The notes: generated from the letters alone by a model not told the origin. Positions 1 to 12,546 are shown, counted from the first letter of the whole stretch. The stretch: DNA of 57,769 bases, filler included, from Platydemus manokwari (GCA_037951405.1; 5 parts of 5 records of this genome joined end to end with filler, not necessarily neighbours in it); one strand, 5' to 3'. Numbers and translations: made by a program.

Positions 1-78
1 TCCTTTTCTTTTTTGTCTTTGAAGAAGATTTTCACAGATGGTTTTACGTTTTTCCATCTGTCTTCCTGTTAATTCATC
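1..78 (-). mobile_element. Mos1-like mariner transposase fragment, runs off the window edge
   Basis: Minus strand reads DELTGRQMEKRKTICENLLQRQKRKG, matching the Mos1 segment (WVPH)ELNERQMERRKNTCEILLSRYKRKS just before the first catalytic Asp. Confidence 0.75.
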
Positions 79-1854
79 TTAATTTTTATTGATTTTCTGA
101 GACTAATAGTGTCATTTATCTCCTACAAGTTGCTATGTACAATTTAATAAAGAAAGCACAATAAACTTTGAAAAATTATCGACCTTGAATTTATTAATGA
201 ATTGATTAAGTTTGAAAAAATAAATACCTTGACTAAAAATAGTCCTAAATCATCACATAAAGTTATTTCTTTACCTTTTATGATAATTTTCCTTGTATAT
301 AGAATTTATAGAATTCGATATCGAATTATTAACATCGTTTTTAAACTTAGGGTTTTTTATCTGAAAACTTACAGTGATCCATTTTTAATCAAACAACAGT
401 ATAACACAGACTTAATTTTAAGCTTAATTATAAAATTAAAATATTTCATGTTGATGAAAATTAATATTTCAACTTAAAATTTTTCATAGCACACTCTTGA
501 ATAATATGGACCAATTCATTCTGAAATCGATGATATTCGGTTCATTTTTTATCACTTGACACAACTCGTTGGCATTTAACTAATATCAGCTATCTTTCTT
601 TACCAATTATTATTATGGCACTGTTGCGATAAAACGATAATTTGTTATTATGCACTGATGATCTTCATTGATTTTTTATAGTGAACTTTCGAATATTTTG
701 ATTGTGTTTTTCTAATATTAATTGCACAATCATGTTATCATTGATTGTTATCGATTTTTTTGATAGTACTACGCCATGTTTTAATCGATTTGATTTACCT
801 TGACATCTGCTTACTTATTTATATAGTTTTGTATATTTCTTTAAAGTTCATTAGAAATGTTACAATTATTAATTCTAGCTGTCAGTACCGATAAATTTTA
901 TTTGCTTATATATTGTGTTTTGCTCTTCACTGACGTTTTTCATTCAAATATGCAACTTTGTGAAAGGCTTCAATGAAAATTAATACAATATCATTGTACT
1001 TCATTATTGTAATTTTTTTTTAATTTAAAAATATATGTGAAATTAGTTTTATTAATTTAATCTAACATATGGATATTAATTAGGTTTTATTAAGTGAGAT
1101 TCTAATATTTTGGGTTAATTTAAATGGCAAGGCATTTTTACAAAAATTATGCACGAAATTTTTTCATCGATAATATTAAAATTTAATTGATCAAAGCACA
1201 AGTGGTCACTTGTAATGGATTTTGTAAGATCATTCTGTAATGAAATGAACTTTAGAGTGACCTTGCAAGTCCTGAAAACGAATACCGGGTTCAAATGTAC
1301 ATTTTTTAAATTACTTCTTAATTTTGGTAACCTGATTTCTCACGAAACAAGCTGATCAACCTATGTCGAACAGATATTCATATTCCGAGACACCACAATT
1401 CGACACGAATCTAATAATTATTTATATCCATATTACAGGAAAATATCAGAGATATTAATAAGACTAAATATTTAATTACGAGATAAGTTTAGCAATTATA
1501 AAAGAAAATTTTTAAATATTTTTATAAACAAAATACATAAATAGGATGCCATAGCTGAATGTATTTTTATTAATTTTATAAAATGAATCTATTTTTATTA
1601 AAATGATTCTCACCAGAAAAGAACAAAACTTGAATATTGATAACAAAATTTCCATTAAAATGTATTAAATATATTTTCTCTCAATTCAGATTGAAATGTT
1701 TAAAAAAAACACTGAAAGAAGGATGTCTAGATTTAAGAAAAATAGCTAATAATAATTATATCTAGCCATTGATATTCAAATAAGATTAAAAATATAATTT
1801 AAGGTGATAACGTGATTGGGGTTATAATTTGAATTTTAAATTTATTCGCATTAC

Positions 1855-1893
1855 CTTTGTCCGTAACAGTTTATGTTTAGTGCTCACAGGATT
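1855..1893 (-). CDS. Candidate 39-nt micro-exon of an unidentified gene (NPVSTKHKLLRTK)
   Basis: ttcatag| acceptor and AAG|gtaatg donor; only the phase 0-0 frame is open. Confidence 0.25.
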
Positions 1894-2859
1894 CTATGAA
1901 TAATATGATGACTATCACAAGAAATATATTAATGAAATTACTTTACAGCTTATTCAAAAATCTCCTTGTTATAATTTTTACTCTGTATAATATCTCAATA
2001 TATTATTTTATTATTAATTAGGTGATTATAGTAATTATAGTTGCTAGTAGCTAACACTTCATGTTTCATGTTTAATTCAGAAGGCATAATTTTATCACTC
2101 ATATTATATTTATATTACATCCTTTTCAAAAAAATATTCGATTATTTTCAACATTTTTTAAAAATTAAAATTACAATTAAAATGCACACATTTTAATTTT
2201 AAATTTAAAAAAATTTAAAATTTTTTTTTAATTATTAATCGTAATCTTATTTGAATTATAAACCTCACAATAGTGATTACAGTAATTAAATCTAAGTGTA
2301 TTATAATTTTTGAAATTGTGACCAATTTCATTAAGGACGTTTAATTTACTCTCGTTTGATATGTCGATCCTTGAAGATTAATTTTAAAGTGCATACTTAC
2401 ACATTTTATCAAAAACATTTAAAACTTTAGCCATCCAATAAAAAATAGTGTAATCGAAATTAAGAAAAGAAATGAAAGTTGAGTTGCACAGAAATGTAAC
2501 AAATGCGTAAACACCAATTACTGGGTAGATTTTGGTTTCAATGGTAAACATAGCTTTATCTGTCATTTGTGTATATTTTGGCAGTGAATTTTTTCTGTGT
2601 TGTTTTCAAGCATTTTGTTTATTGTAATCAACACTAACTTTGTTTTCAGGTATAGTTTTATTAACAAATGCTATTGTTTTCTTAAATAATCTTGTTTTGT
2701 TATTAGTCATGATTCTCAGGATATAAATTAAGCTTACGTGAAAATGACCTGATTTCAGAACAAATAAATTTATTCTTAATATTTACACACAACATTAGTT
2801 TATTACGAAATTTATAAAATTCTATTTAAATATCATGCATAAATTATAAATTATATAAC

Positions 2860-3270
2860 TCCGTCGTTTTGATTTTATTTCGATTATTAATCTTCTCTGC
2901 ATGGAATATTCTATATATTTATCTACAAAAATTTTTAATTCTTCTATCACATTTATATCTTATCTACAGCTTGTTTATATCTTCTTTATATATTCTCTAT
3001 ATATTCTCCATATGTTCTTATTCCTTCTCTTTTATATTCAGCAGTTACTGATCTTCGCAGAATGGAATCCAGATGCGTGGTCGCCATGTAAGCCGCTACT
3101 TTTTGAAAAAACACATGTCTAAAACGAACTGAACAGTACCGACAACAAATTATTTATTCACCCACAATTAGATAAACAAATTAATAAACTTTTATATAAA
3201 ATTTGAATTTGTGTTTAAAGCACTAAATTTTAAACTATAAAATCTATTGGGTACCTGACCCCACCCCAAT
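2860..3270 (-). mobile_element. LTR retrotransposon relic: LTR 3' end, primer-binding site and decayed gag start (copy 1)
   Basis: Minus strand ...GGCTTACA|TGGCGACCACG (LTR end CA, then PBS at 3086-3076), AATAAA inside the putative LTR, stop-interrupted FVDKYIEYSMQ reading; homologous to 12077-12446. Confidence 0.6.
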
Positions 3271-4134
3271 TTGAAATAATGATCAATATAAAATTTAATA
3301 AGTATAAAAATATTATAAAAATGGATTAAAATACACATTGGAAACTTATTGAATACAAGATTAGGATAACAAAATGATAATTACTAAAAAGATAATTACA
3401 CGAAATATCAAATGGAATAATTCGTATAGAATAAAGACGAAACTAGAAGCAGAGATAAAATAGAAAATAAAACCAATAACTGGAGGCCCACAAAACTATT
3501 TTATCACAAATTGGTTACTATTCGCGTTACTGAATTACATGGCATATTTAATCTATATTTCTTGCTTAAACGCGTGACCACCCTTCATTAATTGCACTGT
3601 CCAAGAAAATAATTAGGCTGTAATATATATACATAAATACAAAGAGTTTCAAAAAAATGTCATCAATTTTGCTTTTAAATTTGAAAACTATTTGCAAATA
3701 ATGTTTATGTCGTTCTACATCAAAGTTTTAATCAATTATGTGATCGATATTAATATAATCCTTAACTTAAATGGATAGGATCCATCACAATAATTTTTTT
3801 AAATAATTTTAAACTATCGCGTAAAACATGATATGACCAAGACCGATTTCTTGCACTAATAGGCCAATTTTCAACTAGCTAATCAACAACCAGTAGTGGT
3901 CCGCCTTAAAATAAATCATATAAAGAACAATAGAATCTTATATCAAAGTTAACATTAATCATAACATGGTAACAGTCTCTAGTTAATTTTTAATTTTATA
4001 TTCTGTCTTTAAGTTGTTGTTTTTGAATCTCAATTTTATTTTATTTTAATTGCGTTAATTATCGATATAATTGGAGTCAGATATATAATTTATAATTATT
4101 ATTTGCATTCATTATTGATTTATTTTGATTTATA

Positions 4135-4771
4135 CCGTGTTTTTCCTATTATTAGCGATATCCCGAATGTAAGTGGTAGCGTGTTTTTTTTGCTTGTAAA
4201 ATAATAAACGGCCCCCTGAATATAAGCGGTAGTAAATATAAATACTATATAAATAAAAACTATAAATATGCAATTATTTTGCATGCATACATATCAGTAA
4301 AGAATTTATTAAATCAATCTTTCAAATTTTCAAAGGCTTTTAAATAAATATAATTCTTCCATTATCAATTGCTGAATCCAGAAAAAGTAGAATATAAGAA
4401 TTCGATTGGAGAAAAGTCTAGAAACAAGAACCTAATCATTTTCTGCAAGGAAAATAACCTTAGCATAAAGATGGTTCAAATCTCTCCAAGTCGGTTGTAG
4501 ATGGGAACAATAAAAAGAGAAAGGTTTTGACGGAAAGAACGCTAGCAATAAATGAATTAGAAAATACCGTGACTGATTGAATTATTGACCGGAGAGCAAG
4601 AGAATTAATCGTAAAAGATGTGACAAAAATCAAATGTTGCATTTTATAGCCTCAAAAAAATATTAAGATTTTTTATGATTTTTTAAGTAATCTGTATAAA
4701 AAATATAAGCGGTGCCCGACTTTTTTCGTCAGAAAATAATATAATTGGCCATTATAATAGGAAAAACACGG
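4135..4771 (+). mobile_element. Internally deleted pogo/Tc2-type DNA transposon (637 bp)
   Basis: 18-bp perfect TIR CCGTGTTTTTCCTATTAT at both ends, left flank TA, subterminal TATAAGCGGT repeats, decayed CENP-B-type HTH (NELENTVTD*IIDRRARELIV). Confidence 0.85.
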
Positions 4772-4955
4772 CATATATGTGTTATATCTATCTTAATTTC
4801 CTCAAGCTAAATCAGAGTTCTGAATTTCAAAATCTCTGATAGCTATAATAATAATAATTATTATTATATTAATAATGACAATATCAAGAATACAATGAGG
4901 TATTTGTGTGTTTAAAAATGATTAATGATGAATACATTATAAATAAATTAATATA

Positions 4956-5089
4956 NNNNNNNNNNNNNNNNNNNNNNNNNNNNNNNNNNNNNNNNNNNNN
5001 NNNNNNNNNNNNNNNNNNNNNNNNNNNNNNNNNNNNNNNNNNNNNNNNNNNNNNNNNNNNNNNNNNNNNNNNNNNNNNNNNNNNNNNNN
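4956..5089. other. Assembly gap (plain N run)
   Basis: 134 consecutive N. Confidence 0.99.
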
Positions 5090-5342
5090 AATATTAAAAG
5101 TAAATAGTTAATGAAAAAAGATAAGTTAAAAGATAAAGAAAATAAATTTATTTTACTTAAAATAAATAATAAAGTAGAAAAATAATTTTAAAATTAAATT
5201 ATTAGTAAGATAAATAATTATCAAACAAAAATATGAATAAATAAAGAATTTAAAATTATTATTAGAAAATTATGATTGGTTTTAGAGAATTAAAATAAAT
5301 ATTAGAAAGCCAGTTTCTCAGAAAGGAAATTATTGACTAATA

Positions 5343-5850
5343 TGTGGTGATATTGATCTAAATATAGGAGTTGACTGCGCATGTCAATTCGGTAGCAGGA
5401 AATTTTGCTGCAACTATAAATACTAGAATTTTAGCAGGTACCAGAATTTTTAGCTGAAGTCAGGAATTTACCAGAATTTTAGAAGGATCTGTTCAAAGAG
5501 AGGAGTCTGTGAACTACGCATCACAAAGAGTCAGATAGTCAAAACAAGAAACCATTTTACCTTGTCGCAAGGGAGCCGAAAATTAGGAGCAGGTTATTTA
5601 TTTTATTCATATTTAGTATTTATAAAATATTCGAGGACAGTGTTCCAGAATATCGTCAACTGCACTGAGAAAGTGTGTTGAGTGCCTCTAACCCGTTTAC
5701 GCTAGCTGGTAATTGCACTAACGACCAAGAGTAGTCCCTCGGCCAGTAATCCAGTTTTGTGAAGAGGACCTGTTCCGTATTTGATTAAATTTGACAGAAC
5801 TTTAATAGGAGTTAAGCCTACGTTGATATAATCTAAAATTGTATATATTG
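5343..5850. mobile_element. Possible LTR-like segment
   Basis: GC-elevated non-coding block starting TGTG, with TATAAATA and short internal AGAATTTT(T)AG repeats, next to a gag-like relic; right end not defined. Confidence 0.3.
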
Positions 5851-5854
5851 TTAT

Positions 5855-7200
5855 TTAAATATAACTTACTCTGAAACTTTGTTTTGATTTTTGAGTCAGG
5901 TTATTAACGAGAAGTGTTGATAAGATGTATTCTTCTTTATTTTCGTAATTATTATTTGGAACTTGTGATATGTATCGATAATTATCCAGTGGTCTATATT
6001 CAGGTGGAATTATTGGTTGTTGTTGTATATGTTCTTCATCATATATCATTTCTTCTATCTTATTCACTTTTTTTCATCATTATTCATTTCCGGTGTGGTT
6101 AAATTTATTTCCTCTCGATACGGGTAAACTACTTTCTTAATTTCTATATTATTTCGTTTGCTAATGCTTTGACTTCCATAACATGGATCATCATATTGTC
6201 TTTGTAGACATCCCATACAATTTCCTAATTCATCTTGTTGTTTCCTTATTTGTTTATTTAACTTAAATGTTTTTGATGATTCTTTTAATTTCATGAAATT
6301 TTTTCTGATGATTCTGTATCTTCTGCATTTTTAACTTCTTGTTTTTTTTCTTATTTGTTGTTTCTTTCTTTTCATTAATTTTGTCATCTTCATTTGCTAC
6401 ATCATTTATTATGTCATCCAAATCCACAGACCATTGTCAATCAATTTTACTTTCTTTGCTTTTCCTCTGTATTTTACCATTCTTATCTTTTTATTATATT
6501 TTCGTTATTCCATTCTGTTTGATCAATTAATTGTTCTTGTATGTCATCTCTTAACTTTTTTATTTTCTTATGTTTGTATATTAACTTATTCACCATGACC
6601 ATATCTGTGTAATTATTGAGTTCTTTGTCTATTTTCACTATATAATGTACTAATTCTTCTTCTACTAATGTTATTATTATTTCATTTTTATCCCTTTCTC
6701 TTAATGGATAATACTGCATTTTATTATCCAAAATTTTCAACTTTTCAAACTCGATTTCTCTTTTTAAACTATATTTTATTTTCTATGACTTAGATGTTTC
6801 TTTTTTCCATCTTATTACTTATTTGTCCGGTGTATTTTCTAGTAATTTACTCATTCATCTTCTCAACCATTGTATTGGAGTATTTCCATTAGTTCTAAAT
6901 CTTATTTTGTTCTCATCGCCATGTATTTCCTTTTCTAATGTTATTTCTAATTCATAAACTGGATTTCCTTCTAATTTCATTGGTGCTGTTGACTATTCTC
7001 TAACAAAACTTCCTCTATCCTCTCTTCTTGTTCTAAAGCTCCGTGAGCTCATTATGGTCATAACTTTATTTTCTTTATCCTTATCATGTAGTAACTTAGA
7101 TGTCCTCCATACATAAACACTCTTTTAATTCCAATCTTTTTCCAATCGTTTCTAACTCCACATTTGTATACGTTCCTTTCTTCTCTACACCTGTAAAATG
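5855..7200 (-). mobile_element. Decayed gag-like ORF of a probable LTR retroelement
   Basis: Long purine-rich K/E-rich reading broken by stops and frameshifts (ORFs 6483-6740, 6064-6294, 5855-6067) with a degenerate knuckle CMGCLQRQYDDPC. Confidence 0.45.
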
Positions 7201-7203
7201 TTT

Positions 7204-7929
7204 CTACATAATATTTTTCAAAGTTCTAATAAATCTTTCTACAAAAACAGCTTTCCCTTCATTTTCAGTATGATATAAAATGATATTGTTTTCATCACAA
7301 ATTTTTTTTAAACATTTACTTCTAATTTCAAATTCTTTATCAAACCAAATATATTTTGAAATTCTTTGTCCAGTTTTAAAATAATTTTCAAAGTTTCTTG
7401 TTTTTTGTCTATCAAAGGAATACACCAACCATATCTTGTATATAAATAAATAACAAGTAATATATAAATCCACTAATAGATTTTTTCTCATAACAACCAA
7501 ATCTGCAATGTGAGTATTGTATTTTAACTTTTAAAATTTTTGTATTTTTTTATATTTATGATGTAATTCTTGAGCTAAATGAATCTTCATTTCGTAGAGG
7601 GTGGTCACCAGTATCAATAAGTTTTATACTGTCTTCAAAGATTTTCTCGATTGCTATTTCTTTTGCTTTTTTAGCAAATTTACCTCTAGTCGTTGACTTT
7701 GTCCGATTTAAATATTGACCTAAAATTATCTTTTCCTTCATAATACTTTTAATTAAAAATCTTTCGAATTTTTCTTTGAATGTTGGATTAGGAATATTGC
7801 CCCTTTAATGTATATTCCATGATTTCCGGAACCTCGACTGAAATTAAGAATTCTGTAAGAATCGTATAATTCGAAAATCATATAAATGAATTCTTTCATT
7901 GAATCTTCAATTTTAAGCTAGTACTAACA
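7204..7929 (-). mobile_element. Polinton/Maverick relic, copy A: PLA2-like protein C-terminus followed by c-integrase
   Basis: Integrase motifs HIADLVVM, DLY.RYGWCIPL and NNIILYHTENEGKAVFVERFIRTLKNIM (Polinton ADLVDM / YAWAVPLK / KASVVERFNRTLK), frameshifted; upstream NIPNPTFKEKFERFLIKSIMKEKIILG. Confidence 0.8.
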
Positions 7930-8553
7930 ATAATAATTATAATTTCCATTTCTATTATATTCCTGATAACGCACAGTTTCACTACAAGTATTCCAACAGG
8001 AGCTAATTTGAAATTGTTTTAATTTTTTATAAAATTCAAATCATTTCACATTTAAATCTCAATTCAGATCATCAACTTTAATCAACGTTTGATTCATCTC
8101 AGGGTTTTAGCTTATACGTTTCGGTTCCTCAAAAACTAGAGTACTCACTGTGCAGAAATGTATCAGCTGCAGATGTACACATTTTTGTCAGAAGGTTTTA
8201 AGAATCTTTAACTTATCTGGAATCCAACATATTTTGACAATTGTTTTGTACCCTTAAAATCAGTTGTAGCGATTTCGTACATAAATAAAACTTGATAAAC
8301 CATTGCGTTGTTTTATTTCATAACACAACTGTGTTTATCAGTATTAATTATATTTCATTTGTTCAGGCCCAGAGACTCAATTCGATCTCTGTGCTTTCAG
8401 TCTAATATCTTAAAATCAGTTGCCGACATCTTGGTCTTCAATACCAGGTGTTGAAGCCCCTTCAGAACTTGTGCCTTTAGGATAAAGCGATTAATTTGCA
8501 TCCAACTAATTAAAATACCAACAACACAAACAGCCATATCTTTTCATTCAATA

Positions 8554-9087
8554 AAAGGAATACACCAACCATATCTTGTATATAAATCAATAACAACTAA
8601 TATATAAATCCACTAATATATTTTTCTCATAACAACCAAATCTGCAATGTGAGTATGGTCTTTAGAAAGTATTTTAACTTTTAAAATTTTTGTATTTTTT
8701 TATGTTCATGATGTAATTTTTGAGCTATAGGAATCTTCATTTTGTAGAGGGTGGTCACCAGTATCAATATGTTTTATACTGTCTTCAAAGATTTTCTCAA
8801 TTGCTATTTCTTTTGCTTTTTTAGCAAGTTTACTTCTAGTCGTTGACTTTGTCCTATTTAAATATTGACCTAAAATGATCTTTTCCTTCATAATACTTTT
8901 AATTAAAAATCTTTCGAATTTTTCTTTGAATGTTGGATTAGGAATATTGCCCATTTAATGTATATTCCATGATTTCCGGAACCTCGACTGAAACTATGAA
9001 TGCTGTAAGAATCGTATAATTCGAAAATCATATAAATGAATTCTTTCATTGAATCTTCAATTTTAAGCGAAGTAGCTACTACTAACA
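8554..9087 (-). mobile_element. Polinton/Maverick relic, copy B (direct repeat of 7414-7929)
   Basis: Near-identical to copy A at about 1140 bp offset; reads HEHKKNTKILKVKILSKDHTHIADLVVMRKIY*WIYILVVIDLYTRYGWCIPF and is then truncated. Confidence 0.8.
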
Positions 9088-9471
9088 CATTATATTTTCG
9101 TTATATTAATTTTATGAATTTGAAACCATAAAATTTTCAATGAACTTGTATTGGATTTTCTTTTAAAAACTCAGTATCTGATCTTGCATTATTTCTTCAT
9201 CAAATTACTGATGACCATCAAATATATTCCATGATAATTATATTAAATTATAATCAGTGTTAGATTTTTCAAATTAACAATCAGCGTTTTTATTGGAAAT
9301 CTTTTTTATGAAGAGCGAGAGGAATTGATTCAATGAAGTAGTGAATAAAATAAAGCCAACATTGTGTGAGACAAGTGTATATTGACCAATGAATAATTCA
9401 ATGAAAACTAAGTACATCCTCTCTAATCAATTAATAATGTTGATATCGCATGCCAAACATCCTTGAAAATA

Positions 9472-9751
9472 TTAATAATGATCACTATTCATTTGTTTCA
9501 TGTATCGTTTTGAACTTTGATTTGATTTATAATTATGAAAGAAACATTTTGGTTTGACATTCTTTACTGACGTAGATTTTAAACGGCGTTCTTCTTGGTC
9601 TTCTTGGAAGAATCTCTATGTATATTAAAATAATCAGCATGCAAACATTATTGACATGAAATCATCATAAATCCTATTTACTGCTGCTCTATATTTGGAA
9701 ATGTATGTGTGTTGTAAATATTTTCGCGTCAAAAATTGAACATTCGTCTCC
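9472..9751 (-). CDS. Last two exons of an unidentified gene (exons 9751-9682 and 9615-9472)
   Basis: ctccag| acceptor, 66-nt GT-AG intron 9681-9616, in-phase join ETNVQFLTRKYLQHTYISKYRAA|RFFQEDQEERRLKS...DHY*. Confidence 0.4.
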
Positions 9752-10344
9752 CTGGAGAAATAAACATAATATTTAACTCTTTCTTGTAATTACATAATTT
9801 TCCTATATTTATTTAATTATTTATTGTTGTTCTTATTGACATATAATTAATTAATGGTAGGCCTATTCTTTAAAATCGAGAATTACAAATAAACATATAC
9901 AGTTTCGCATCACAAGCACCTAAATGCTGCCTTTATATTGTTTTTTTTACCATAACTAGTAATTAAAAGATGGAAATAATCAAATACTGATATAAAAATT
10001 TTATTTTACTCTTAAAATGTTTATTTCTGTTTAGTTTTTTGTTACCTTGAAGTGGTATTTATGGCGATATAATAATTAATTTAAAGGGAAAATCCACATA
10101 TTTATGGGTAAGCTAAATGATATAGGGATTAATATTTCTGAGATAGCTGTTGTTCTTATGAACTAAAAATATTAGTTTAATCTAATAATTATCAATGAAA
10201 TATTAATATTATTTTATGATAAACCTTTCGAATCTCTCAATAATAATTATTTTAGAATTCCGCAACAGAGATATCGTTAGGGTATAAGAAACTATTAATT
10301 CAAGGCTGTTTGATTAATTTTATGTTAGTTTTAAACATAATATA

Positions 10345-11213
10345 CATTGCGATTCATAAGTCTCCGTCTCTAAAACTAAAATTAAGCAACAAAACACAAT
10401 ATAATTTATAATCACATATTTATCATCATTTATATTTATTATTATTTACTGATTAATGTACTTTATTTCTTATTAATCAGTTGCATTATTACAATATGGC
10501 CAACACGGTTGGTGATGTTAAATTTTCGCTTGCGGGTAGAGCGGTTACAGATAGCGATGCAATAGTGTACTAGAGGAGTAGCAAAGCCTGCTAAGAATTT
10601 CAACAACATTTCAATCGTGCACCTTCGGCTAAGACAATCGTGCAATACTGGAAACAGAAGTTTGATGAAACTGAAAACTTAAGCTTCGGTATCATTCGTG
10701 AAGAGCAGTTTATCACTGCTTTAAATCAAAAGCTGTTGTCTTTCATTGGAAATGACAATCAACATTGCTATCGACACCGTGGTGCCCTGCCTCATTTCAG
10801 TATTTCAGCACGACAATGGGTTGATCAACATTTTCCGCAGTGTTGGATTGGTCGTAGACCTCACGATATTGGATTTTTTGCCATGGAGTTATATCAAAGA
10901 TCGAGTTTATGTAATCCATAACAATTATACAAAGCTCAACGAACTTGAAGAAGCAATTTTACATGAACTAATAAACCTTAATCAAGAAGTCGTCCGTAAA
11001 TGTTATTCAAGCATCAGAAAACAATGCAATTTCTGTTTGGAGCAAGATGGTGAACATTTTAAACAGTTGATATGAAATTGCTTATTATTTACCGTTATTT
11101 GTTCTTACCGTAATTGTGTCTTATTGTGCATTAAAGTAACTCAATACATTTAGTTCGCTCTTAGTGTTGTATAATTTAAGTTTTAGACACGGAAACTTAT
11201 GAATCACACGGTG
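10345..11213 (+). mobile_element. Internally deleted Tc1/mariner element of the DUF4817 type
   Basis: About 40-bp imperfect TIRs (GATTCATAAGTyTCCGTsTCTAAAACT), left TA; N-terminal HTH FQQHFNRAPSAKTI..WKQKFDET; C-terminal GALPH...WVDQHFPQCWIGR, DLTILDFLPWSYIKDRVY...CLEQDGEHFKQL; frameshifts. Confidence 0.9.
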
Positions 11214-11673
11214 TTGTCAATTATTTAAGAATTGGCTAAATATTATTTTTTTCAAATTCCGTTTTCCAATGCATTTTTATGAAGTATTAGGAGCACCTTA
11301 AAATAACTAAAAGCATCTCGAAATGACATATAGAAAGAGTATCGAGATCATGACTGTTTATAAATGATCACTTATGCAATGCTTGACTTTATGTCATGAA
11401 TACCGAAATACTAATTAATCTAATAAAACTAAACTTTAGTAAAACGACCTTTCCTTTTTAACAAGTGTTATTTCTGTAATGTAATTCTTATTCACACAAA
11501 ATCTGAAAGAACAAATTATTATTCATATAGATTCGTTATTTTCTATTATTCATATTCTTTATTGGATGTAATAAATTGGAATCTGAATTGATACATTATT
11601 TGAAGGTTTCTAATTTCGTGGTGTTTAGGAAATGTATTTGTATTGACCATTTGAATATTGTATTATTTCTTAG

Positions 11674-11979
11674 ATCATCATGCGGTGATGAAGAACAAAT
11701 GTTAAAGCAATTAATATATGTAATTCGCACTAGTCACTCGAAGAGGATAACAAGTAATGAGTTCTGCCAAAAGTTTCACATCACTGGTGAATATGTGCCT
11801 ATGGTAGAAACGATGTTCAAATTTTATGACAAAGTTGTTTATGATAAACAGATTTCTGATTATTTTACTTGGCTATTTAGACCAAATGTGGATCTATTAG
11901 AATGCATGATTATGTGTCTCATTTGGCTCTTTATTCGTTATCATACGATAGAAAGAAAGGGTTTTTTTATGCCTATCAG
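11674..11979 (+). CDS. Internal exon of an unidentified gene; weak resemblance to the pre-TLDc region of MEAK7/TLDC1
   Basis: tttcttag| acceptor and CAG|gttcaa donor enclose a 306-nt phase 2-2 open frame inside ORF 11576-12028 (SSCGDEEQMLKQL...YFTWLFRPNV...FFMPIR). Confidence 0.5.
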
Positions 11980-12076
11980 GTTCAATATAATAATAAATTT
12001 TACTTTTATAAAATTTGATTTAATATGATAATTGATTGAAATCATTAATTAATTAAATATATTAATAAATGATAAT

Positions 12077-12446
12077 TGTGGGAATTTTTAAATGAATTAT
12101 ATTTTTAAAGATTTAACTTATATTGACTTGTTTATCTAATTGTATTTAAATATATAATTTGAAGTCGTGGGCGTTTAGTTCGTTTTCAATGCTTGTTTTA
12201 TAAAATAGTAAGAGCTTTTATGTCGACCAGGCATATGGATTCGATTCTGAGAAGATAAATGGCCAAAAATTATTGATGAGGAGATAAATATTGAGAATAT
12301 ATAGATGTACAAAAGACATAAAGGTGATATAAAAAAATATAAAGAAAATAATAGGATTAGATGTTTTTATGTAGATAAATATGTAGAGTATTTGATGCAA
12401 AGTCAATTAAGAATACAAAGAAAGTCAGAGACTGTAAAGAAAGGGG
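12077..12446 (+). mobile_element. LTR/PBS/gag relic, copy 2 (inverted relative to 2860-3270)
   Basis: Shared blocks TTGTTTATCTAATTGT, AGTTCGTTTT, TGGATTCsATTCTG; degenerate PBS TGTCGACCA at 12221; YVDKYVEYLMQ versus FVDKYIEYSMQ. Confidence 0.6.
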
Positions 12447-12546
12447 NNNNNNNNNNNNNNNNNNNNNNNNNNNNNNNNNNNNNNNNNNNNTTAATTAATT
12501 AANNNNNNNNNNNNNNNNNNNNNNNNNNNNNNNNNNNNNNNNNNNN
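12447..12546. other. Artificial contig spacer
   Basis: 44 N + TTAATTAATTAA + 44 N. Confidence 0.97.

Noticed and set aside
1855-1893. Assignment of the micro-exon to Vps34 (NLVESKHHKL-like)
   Set aside because: Thirteen residues are too few and no other Vps34 exons were seen
3060-3086. tRNA gene (GAATCC...GGTCGCCA)
   Set aside because: No cloverleaf or A box upstream; better explained as a retroelement PBS on the other strand
5855-7200. Alternative genetic code explaining in-frame stops
   Set aside because: Host genes read cleanly in the standard code and end in TAA/TAG; stops occur with frameshifts only in TE relics
12491-12502. Recurrent TTAATTAATTAA as a biological motif
   Set aside because: Always centred in 44+44 N; an assembly linker
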